Below, piece by piece: positions 24,085 through 30,492 of a stretch of DNA of 35,514 bases. Position numbers and translations under genes: made by a program. The notes under the pieces were generated by a model. It saw only the letters and a list, made by a program, of their open reading frames with translations. It was not told the origin of the DNA and searched no databases. This DNA is from Deltaproteobacteria bacterium (GTDB taxonomy: Bacteria > Desulfobacterota > Dissulfuribacteria > Dissulfuribacterales > UBA3076), in the NCBI GenBank assembly GCA_019310825.1, contig JAFDDO010000002.1, positions 1 through 35,514 of the forward strand. Direction: 5' to 3'. Positions within the stretch are counted from its first letter, which is position 1; the number at the start of each line of letters is the position of its first letter.

Positions 24085-24693
24085 ATGGAAATTCTACTTC
24101 ATACCTGCTGCGGGCCATGCACCCTGTACCCGGTCAGGGAGCTTCAAAAAGAGGGCAACAAGGCCCTTGTCTATTGGTACAATCCCAATATCCATCCCTT
24201 CAGGGAGTATGAACGTAGGGTCGAGGCCCTGGAAATAGCTGCGGAAAAGTTCAAATTCCCGGTGCTGTGGGATCAATCCGGATACGGGCTTAGGGGCTGG
24301 CTAAACAAAATAGGGACAAGGCAGGACCCGGATGAACGCTGTCCAGTTTGTTACCGCATTCGTCTGGAAGCTACTGCTCGAAAGACCGCAGAGCTTGGCC
24401 TGCCCGCCTTCAGCACGACCCTCCTTTACAGCCGTTACCAGCGCCACGACCTCATCCATGACATCGGGAAAGAGCTTGCTTCTGCTTACGGCATAGAATT
24501 CTATTACCACGACTTTCGTGATGGTTGGATAGAGGGTATAGAGATCTCAAGGGAACTTGGGATCTACAGGCAACCATATTGTGGCTGTATCTACAGCGAG
24601 GAAGAGCGCTACAGTAAGAGAGCAGAAAGATTACAGAAAAGAATTCTCGCAAAGTCAACGGGAAAAAGATCGAACGGAAAAAACGGCTGCTAA
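24085..24693 (+). CDS. queH: epoxyqueuosine reductase QueH (DUF208)
   Basis: 202-aa ORF with LLHTCCGPC near the N-terminus and CGC near the C-terminus (PYCGCIYSEEERY), the typical QueH Cys pattern. The last ~14 codons run into repeat cassette 24651-24888. Confidence 0.85.
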   Translation: MEILLHTCCGPCTLYPVRELQKEGNKALVYWYNPNIHPFREYERRVEALEIAAEKFKFPVLWDQSGYGLRGWLNKIGTRQDPDERCPVCYRIRLEATARKTAELGLPAFSTTLLYSRYQRHDLIHDIGKELASAYGIEFYYHDFRDGWIEGIEISRELGIYRQPYCGCIYSEEERYSKRAERLQKRILAKSTGKRSNGKNGC

Positions 24694-24888
24694 TTATTGC
24701 AGGAGGCGGGATATCAGTATACTTCAGCCTTTAACCTAAATGGCTAACATGGCGAGTATCAAAACGGCTGAAAAGAAACAGAAATAGCCGTTGAATGTTC
24801 GGTATTGGATATTTGTTTTTCATTCGACGTTGGACGTTCAATGTTCGATGTTGGACGTTCGTCTTTTAATATAAACCTTTGAACCTTT
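24651..24888. repeat. about 240-bp hairpin cassette, family 4 (GTTCGAT/GGACGTTC arms), second copy
   Basis: The left arm aaagtcaacgggaaaaagatcgaacggaaaaaa matches 13621-13653. The right arm cgttggacgttcaatgttcgatgttggacgttcgtcttttaatataaaccttt matches 13787-13840. Confidence 0.75.
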
Positions 24889-24908
24889 CCAAAGAGGTGT
24901 AACCAATA

Positions 24909-25130
24909 ATGAGTCCCTTGCCGGAATTCGGTAAGATACTGCTGATCTTAGGGATACTGTTTGTGGTAATAGGGCTGTTTCTGATGTTAGGCCCCAAAAT
25001 TCCGTTTCTGGGCAAGCTGCCGGGAGATTTCATGGTCAGGCGAGGCAATTTCACCCTTTATTTTCCCCTGGCCACATCTATAATCCTGAGCATAGTCCTT
25101 ACCTTGATATTCTTCATATTCCGCAAATGA
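24909..25130 (+). CDS. DUF2905 family small membrane protein
   Basis: 73 aa with two TM segments and the conserved central LGKLPGDF...FYFP pattern of DUF2905. Confidence 0.75.
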   Translation: MSPLPEFGKILLILGILFVVIGLFLMLGPKIPFLGKLPGDFMVRRGNFTLYFPLATSIILSIVLTLIFFIFRK

Positions 25131-25176
25131 TTCCGCTCAAAATAATATTTCAGGACTTTTCGAGGTGTAATCGCAA

Positions 25177-25581
25177 ATGATCCGCCGTGACTTTCTGAAA
25201 AAGGCAAGCATTTGGGCTTTTGGCCTGGGGCTCATCTATCCTGTTTATGCCTTTGTGGCAAAAAAACGATTTCGTCCGCCCATAGAAGTCCGATTGAGAC
25301 GCAAACTGAAGCCCGGAGAATATTTACTTGAGCCCCAGTTTGCCTTTTTTGAAACCGATCAAGGGCCTCTGGCTGTATCCCGCAGTTGCACCCATTTGGG
25401 CTGTATTATCAATTATCGAGAGGCAGACAGGGAATTTCTCTGTCCCTGTCATCAGAGTCGTTTCACCTGGGATGGTAAATACCTGTCAGGCCCGGCAAAT
25501 AAAGATCTTCCCAAATTCCATGTCAAGGTACTGGAAGGCGAAGAAGGCTATATCGTCCAGATACCCAGAGGGATATTATGA
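25177..25581 (+). CDS. Rieske [2Fe-2S] domain protein with a Tat-type signal
   Basis: A twin-arginine lead (MIRRDFLKK) and the Rieske ligand boxes CTHLGC and CPCHQS. Confidence 0.85.
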   Translation: MIRRDFLKKASIWAFGLGLIYPVYAFVAKKRFRPPIEVRLRRKLKPGEYLLEPQFAFFETDQGPLAVSRSCTHLGCIINYREADREFLCPCHQSRFTWDGKYLSGPANKDLPKFHVKVLEGEEGYIVQIPRGIL

Positions 25582-25620
25582 AATCGAATGCCCTGTACAT
25601 TTCCGGATAATAAGGCCGTC

Positions 25621-26229
25621 CTATAATCCCTCAGTCTTATAGCCCACAGGCAATATCAGCAAAGGTTCATGGTTCGGGGGAATATTGATAACCTGCCCCA
25701 TCTTTTCATCGTTGAAGGCCCCGACCACACCGGCCCCCAAGCCCATTGCTTCCGACTGGAGCAAGATGTTTTGCCCTATATGACCGGCCTCAATAATGGC
25801 GTATCTCACACCCCTTTTACCGTATTTGCTGGTGATCCGGTAATATTCAGCAGTAATCAAAATATTTAAAGGGGCAGTGGCCATCCATATCTGGGACAGA
25901 GCCGCACCAGCCACCTTATTTCTCAGATCTCCTTCAGATACAAGCGAAACAGCATGGCCCTTAGGGTCATAATGATAGACTCCACTTTCCAGTCCTTTTA
26001 CACAATTCTCACCGACAACGGCATAAATATCCATAGGATAAAGGGCTCCGCCCGAAGGAGCAGCCCTCTTAAAACCCCTGGTCTCCGTGATACCCTGAGC
26101 CGCCCAGAAGAGTTGTGAGCATTGTTCCAATGAGAGAGGCTCAGCAGTGAAAGACCTGATGGTTCTGCGTTGCTTGATGGCGGTCTCTAAAGAAACTTCC
26201 CCGTGAGTTTTCGGCTTTGGTAGTTTCAT
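25621..26229 (-). CDS. SagB/ThcOx-type nitroreductase-family dehydrogenase
   Basis: RRTIRSF, PSGGALYP and the overall nitroreductase-fold pattern. I chose ATG 26229 (preceded by AAGGAAG) over the track start at 26367. Confidence 0.75.
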   Translation of the reverse strand: MKLPKPKTHGEVSLETAIKQRRTIRSFTAEPLSLEQCSQLFWAAQGITETRGFKRAAPSGGALYPMDIYAVVGENCVKGLESGVYHYDPKGHAVSLVSEGDLRNKVAGAALSQIWMATAPLNILITAEYYRITSKYGKRGVRYAIIEAGHIGQNILLQSEAMGLGAGVVGAFNDEKMGQVINIPPNHEPLLILPVGYKTEGL

Positions 26230-26380
26230 GAGCTTCCTTTTCTGAATATTTCCATTAATCTTTCGAGCCTTGGCGTTTCCTGTGAAAAAAAATGCATTAG
26301 GAAAAATTGACACAAATAAACCGGCAAATCCTTTCAATAAATCTCTTAGTCTCAGGCAGACAGTCATATCACCTCCCTTC

Positions 26381-26888
26381 TCACTCGTCAGTGGGATGCG
26401 AAGCTGCCAGTTCTGACAAGGGGACTACACGAAAGCCTCGGCAATTGAACTCTGGTAGAATAGTGGCAAGAGCTGAAGCCGTGCGCTTACCACGTGCTAA
26501 ATGATCGTGTAAAACAATGATTGACCCAGGCCGGACATTCCACAGAACATAGCACGCCGCAAACCCTGAAAAACTATTTTTAAGGCAAATCATAGAGATA
26601 ACGTGCTGCTGAGGGACGCGCGGTTTTTTGCGCATCCCTTCCAGCAGAAGGTTAGGCAACCCTTTCACATTATGGGCTGCGCAAAACGAACACAGCTCCC
26701 CCATATCCCTTTACAGCAGAATTCATTTCAAAAAACTGGATATCTTTATGGTCAAGATCTTCGACCGCCTCCGGCGGCTTGGACTTATATATATCATCAA
26801 AGACCTATTCGGGAAAGTTTACGTCCCGCCGGAGGTTGATGGACAAGACAATGGAATAGGTGGACGTTCGTATGAGCGTGCTTGCCAT
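26381..26888 (-). pseudogene. frameshifted polysaccharide deacetylase (NodB-type) remnant
   Basis: Three minus-strand fragments in different frames: MASTLIRTSTYSIVLSINLRRDVNFPE*, then VFDDIYKSKPPEAVEDLDHKDIQFFEM...VFVLRSP* (FDD(G) motif region), then track ORF 26381-26704 ending GSIIVLHDH...ALATILPEFNCRGFRVVPLSEL (typical C-terminus). Confidence 0.45.
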
Positions 26889-26923
26889 TTGCTGGTACTG
26901 CAGAAAGAAAAGATTTTTTGTAA

Positions 26924-27243
26924 CTATTCAGGTTGAAGGCTGAAGGCTGAAGGATTTCAAGCAGTTCGCATTGATCGAACAGAGATGAATCCTCTAAACT
27001 AATACTGCAATCTCGTCAGCCAACTCAAATGCCCGCAGTTTTGTGTGATCACGCATGATTTGTACCTATTAGCCTTCTACCTTCAGTCTTTTCAGGTTGA
27101 AGGCTGAAGGATTTCAAGCAGTTCACAACGCTAAAACGCCCTAAATTTCGTCCCTAACAGTCTTCAGCCTATCCACCTAATTGTGTGATCACGCATGATT
27201 TGTACCTACTAGCCTTCTACCTTCAGTCTATCCACCTGAATAG
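26924..27243. repeat. 320-bp nested/tandem array of family 2 hairpin cassettes (GGCTGAA arms) carrying MRDHT(KLRAFE...) gene-start remnants
   Basis: ctattcaggttgaaggctgaaggctgaagg (26924-) against ccttcagtctatccacctgaatag (-27243). A second left arm lies at 27091-27110. The core ttgtgtgatcacgcatgatttgtacct occurs twice (27042-27068, 27181-27207). Confidence 0.8.
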
Positions 27244-27428
27244 TTACGATTTTTTTTACCACGGAGAGGACGGGGAAAGGCAGAGTCGGATGTCTGAGGT
27301 CTGAAGTCAGATATCAGAGTTGATAACCACGAACCACAAACTATGAACTACTTAGAGGACAGAACAAATGGATGGATGGACGTCAGAACGCCGCTCACTT
27401 CGGAATCTCACTGTTTTTTTGCTTATTC

Positions 27429-27683
27429 TCAATAGTGGTAACGACACTGTGCAATTAACAATTCATCTTTTTTAGCCTTATAAACAAACCGATGCTCTTT
27501 ATTGATACGGCGTGACCAATATCCTTTCCAGTTGTAGCGTAGTGGTTCAGGCTCACCTATTCCTTCAAATGGATTTCGTTTAGTTTCTATGATGATACGG
27601 TTAATTCGCCTGAGAATTTTTTTATCTGTTTTCTGCCAGTAAAGGTAATCTTCCCATGCTTCTTCAGCCCATGACAGTTTCAT
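27429..27683 (-). CDS. yoeB: YoeB/Txe family toxin (ribosome-dependent mRNA interferase)
   Basis: The 84-aa ORF is collinear with E. coli YoeB as I recall it (MKL.W.EE.W.DYLYWQ.TDK...PFEG.G.PEPL...GYWSRRI..EHR.VY......L.IA.CRYHY). Confidence 0.95.
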   Translation of the reverse strand: MKLSWAEEAWEDYLYWQKTDKKILRRINRIIIETKRNPFEGIGEPEPLRYNWKGYWSRRINKEHRFVYKAKKDELLIAQCRYHY

Positions 27684-27934
27684 TCCTCAATAAGCTCTCT
27701 CTCGATGCCTTTACCTGCTTCTAACTTGCCAATGGCAGCATTGATACGTTCAGCGTTTTTGGGACTCTTCATGAGATATGCTGTTTCTTCGTATGATTTG
27801 AAATCATCAAGTGACAGAAGCACTGCTGCTCGTCCTTTCTGGCGTGTAATAAGGATAGGGCAATGATCATCGTTGACTCGATCAATGGTTTTTGCCAAAT
27901 CTTTTCGAAATGTTGTGTAATTTATTGATTCCAT
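27680..27934 (-). CDS. yefM: YefM/Phd family antitoxin
   Basis: MESINYTTFRKDLAKTIDRVNDDHCPILITRQKGRAAVLLSLDDFKSYEETAYLMKSP.NA. ATG 27934 is preceded by AAGGAG, and the gene overlaps yoeB by 4 nt. Confidence 0.95.
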   Translation of the reverse strand: MESINYTTFRKDLAKTIDRVNDDHCPILITRQKGRAAVLLSLDDFKSYEETAYLMKSPKNAERINAAIGKLEAGKGIERELIEE

Positions 27935-27962
27935 ATATTTCTCCTTTATAATTAAAGAAAAA

Positions 27963-27978
27963 GTACTTGATTCTGTAC
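27963..27978 (-). promoter_or_regulatory. possible YefM-YoeB operator (paired GTAC cores) in the yefM promoter region
   Basis: GTAC at 27963-27966 and 27975-27978, 30-45 nt upstream of the yefM ATG. A further perfect 8-bp inverted repeat gtacggaa-ata-ttccgtac lies at 28051-28069. The E. coli yefM-yoeB operator is known to use TGTACA-core palindromes. Confidence 0.35.
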
Positions 27979-28048
27979 GCAAATGTCAAGCGTCATTTTT
28001 GGTTAAGATGTAGGAACGTAGGATGGGAAATGAGAATGGGGGATACAT

Positions 28049-28309
28049 TTGTACGGAAATATTCCGTACTTATTGATAAAGCCTTTAGCAGATAATATAC
28101 TCTTTATGAAGTACAGAACTCATCCGTACAAAATACAAAAGGAAGAGACCGAACAGACAATACAAATGGCCGAGACGTTCAAGAGTCGTCTCCATGAATG
28201 CATGGAGAAAGACGAAAATGGCAATCTTAAGATGACGATTACGCTTCCTGACGAATCTGTGCTGGACAACCTGGCAAAATCGCTCGCCCAGGTACTCGGT
28301 TCTGTTTAA
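28049..28309 (+). CDS. hypothetical small protein (uncertain; possibly starting at an internal Met)
   Basis: Only an 86-codon ORF with no motif I recognise. The 5' end overlaps a palindrome. Confidence 0.2.
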   Translation: MYGNIPYLLIKPLADNILFMKYRTHPYKIQKEETEQTIQMAETFKSRLHECMEKDENGNLKMTITLPDESVLDNLAKSLAQVLGSV

Positions 28310-28507
28310 GGGCCAATGAGTTTGCCGCGTGACCGGAGGAAAGCGCGCAGCCGACCTTAGTCGTCGGTTTCAACCTTCCTATATAGTCAAGGACCTCAAT
28401 GGGGGGACGTAAACCTTAAACGTTGACCCCTGAACCTTTGAACGCCCGCACCCTTTCTAAGCTGCTTGTAACTTGACTGTACAAGGGTAAAGAGATATGG
28501 GTAGTCA

Positions 28508-28542
28508 GTGTCTGAACGGAAAAGCTGTTCAGACACTATTTT
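28508..28542 (+). terminator. strong hairpin plus short T-tract (orphan intrinsic-terminator-like element)
   Basis: gtgtctgaac (28508-28517) and gttcagacac (28527-28536): a perfect 10-bp stem with a 9-nt loop, followed by tatttt. Confidence 0.5.
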
Positions 28543-28661
28543 GAATTCTAAATTTTGAATTTAAAAAAAGAAATAACATAATATGTTAGTTGTCCTTGGC
28601 CCAAATTGAGAAAACAAAATTTGGGGTTTTTGATGATTACGCTGCAAAAAGCCCGAAACAT

Positions 28662-28785
28662 GATTCCGCTCAAAAAGCCAGAGATGTAAGGCGCGAAATT
28701 TTCCAGGAATGAGACGTACTTATCGTACGTCGCAGTGAGTGGAAAATTGAAGCAACGCCGCAGATTGGGTTTTTTCAGCGGAATC
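28662..28785 (+). repeat. 124-bp MITE-like palindromic element, family 1, copy A
   Basis: It is the reverse complement of 33499-33622 (117/124 identical) with terminal inverted repeats gattccgctcaaaaa / tttttcagcggaatc. A degenerate extra terminus (gattacgctgcaaaaagcc) lies at 28635-28653. Confidence 0.9.
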
Positions 28786-28830
28786 AGTTAATCAAAACAA
28801 CTCGTAAACAATTATTAGGGATGAAGTGAT

Positions 28831-30492
28831 TTGAAGCAAGATATTCTTCGCACGTGCATAGATCCGTCAGGGGTTTTTGTTTGCGCCCTTCACCAACCAT
28901 CTTATAAAGTCGTAAACCTCAGGCAGACAGATACCTTGGCGTTGCTGGGCCACGATCCAGATGGCAATACAATCAATAACCAGGCCAACTTCCCCCCGGG
29001 CGACCTTGTTATTAATAATGCCGGCGGGGTCTGTGAGATCCCAAATGCCTTTCCTTTCTGGGGTGCTACATACATCCTTTATGACCGGGCCAGGAAATTC
29101 TCAAAAGGCCCGGAACAATTCAGATTCACAAGGTGCGATGAGGAATCGGATAAGCCTTCGCCATTACTGAAAGACCTGTTGAACGGGTGCTTAAAAGGTT
29201 CAAACGAAAAGATATATTCCCTGAAAGATCTCCCGAGGTCTGTTCTTTTGTCTCTGGCCCAGACATCCAAAGACCGTGAGCTCCTCAAGGCCATCGCACA
29301 TTTGGCGTGCAAGTTTGAATTTGACAGTAACCAGGACTTGGTCGGTGTAAAATATGAAAATGACAAACAAGGCCGACCAAAACCGGCCCTATTAGACCAG
29401 AAGCTCTTTGAGGTGCTTGGTAACAATATAGCCTGTCCGGATAATTATAAACTGGCCATGGTATTAATACCCGGAATTCAGGGAACCAGCCCGATTGTCG
29501 GCGAGTACGCATCCGGACCTCAGACACACATATGGGAGTATCTCAGAGCCGACAGCTACATCCCATGGGGTCATTATGCATCTAATATGGCCCACGACTG
29601 TGTAAGGTACAGGGCAAAGGAATTACTTCCCGAAGATATAACGGGCCTGCGTCACCTCTATTACCAGCGGGTCTATACTCAAATGGCCCTAAACCTCAAT
29701 ATTGCGCATGGAATTGCTCGGAAAAACGTTAATACCTTATCAATCCCTGAGCTTGAATCCTTGAGGCAGGCGGTTGTAAAAGAAGTTGCTAACAGAATGG
29801 AGAAAGGAGAAGATCTACCTTACACAGCCACCCTTTGGGGCTGGAACTATGGCTTTGATTTCTCTCCATCAGGATACAGATTACACGCATCCCACCAGCA
29901 GATTCATCAGCAGTTTGCACTGATACCTCCTAATGTGAAATCCATAGACATGGAGGAGGCTGGCTCAAAATCAATCCCCACCTATGCAGTAGGAGACCAA
30001 GTGGCCCTTTTTACAGCTCTTTATGAAAAGTCCTATGGCCAGCCTTTTTTTAAAACCTATTTAAGGGCAATCCGTTCCAATAAAAGATTGGACAAAAAAG
30101 AGGATCTGCCATCAAGTCTGATCGTCTACGAAGATGAAAACGTCATGGTCTATATTCCTAAAGCCCAGCGCTCCCAGGGCGAAGTCCAGATTATGACCAC
30201 TTGCCCTGTGGGTAATGTGCTTGAGGCAGGCCCGGAGGTCCGAAACTCTCTGGACCACTGCATCAGACTCGTAATCCGGACTCTGGACAAACTGGAGGTC
30301 CAGATGGTCACGGGCTACGAAATCTCAAAACGCTTAAACAATCCGGATAAGGATCAGCGTCTCTTTTACTGCTTTCTGCCCAGGCTCCCCGGTTCCCCGG
30401 GTGCTTTCAGCGAAAGGCAAGAAAGATGGATCACAGGTCACTACCCGGAAGATTACGCGGAAGCCTTCAGAAAGGCCATGAAATCAGTCTAG
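28831..30492 (+). CDS. divergent GalT-like (HIT superfamily branch III) nucleotidyltransferase/phosphorylase-fold protein with a long N-terminal extension; function unknown
   Basis: 553-aa ORF with a TTG start. WGWNYGFDFSPSGYRLHASHQQIHQQF aligns by eye with GalT FENKGA.MGCSNPHPHGQIWA. The C-terminal half (LIVYEDENVMVYIPKAQRSQGEVQIM...FYCFLPRL...GHYPEDYAEAFRKA) follows the second GalT half-barrel pattern. The ORF itself is solid; the fold assignment is by eye only. Confidence 0.5.
   Translation: MKQDILRTCIDPSGVFVCALHQPSYKVVNLRQTDTLALLGHDPDGNTINNQANFPPGDLVINNAGGVCEIPNAFPFWGATYILYDRARKFSKGPEQFRFTRCDEESDKPSPLLKDLLNGCLKGSNEKIYSLKDLPRSVLLSLAQTSKDRELLKAIAHLACKFEFDSNQDLVGVKYENDKQGRPKPALLDQKLFEVLGNNIACPDNYKLAMVLIPGIQGTSPIVGEYASGPQTHIWEYLRADSYIPWGHYASNMAHDCVRYRAKELLPEDITGLRHLYYQRVYTQMALNLNIAHGIARKNVNTLSIPELESLRQAVVKEVANRMEKGEDLPYTATLWGWNYGFDFSPSGYRLHASHQQIHQQFALIPPNVKSIDMEEAGSKSIPTYAVGDQVALFTALYEKSYGQPFFKTYLRAIRSNKRLDKKEDLPSSLIVYEDENVMVYIPKAQRSQGEVQIMTTCPVGNVLEAGPEVRNSLDHCIRLVIRTLDKLEVQMVTGYEISKRLNNPDKDQRLFYCFLPRLPGSPGAFSERQERWITGHYPEDYAEAFRKAMKSV

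Noticed and set aside
26230-26367. 46-codon N-terminal extension of the SagB-type ORF in the ORF track
   Set aside because: The internal ATG 26229 has a proper AAGGAAG RBS, and the family domain starts right after it. The extension is hydrophobic, repeat-poor junk without signal-peptide logic.
26603-26936. Plus-strand ORFs of 78 and 102 aa in the deacetylase remnant region
   Set aside because: They lie antisense to recognisable, though frameshifted, NodB-type fragments and show no motif or RBS.
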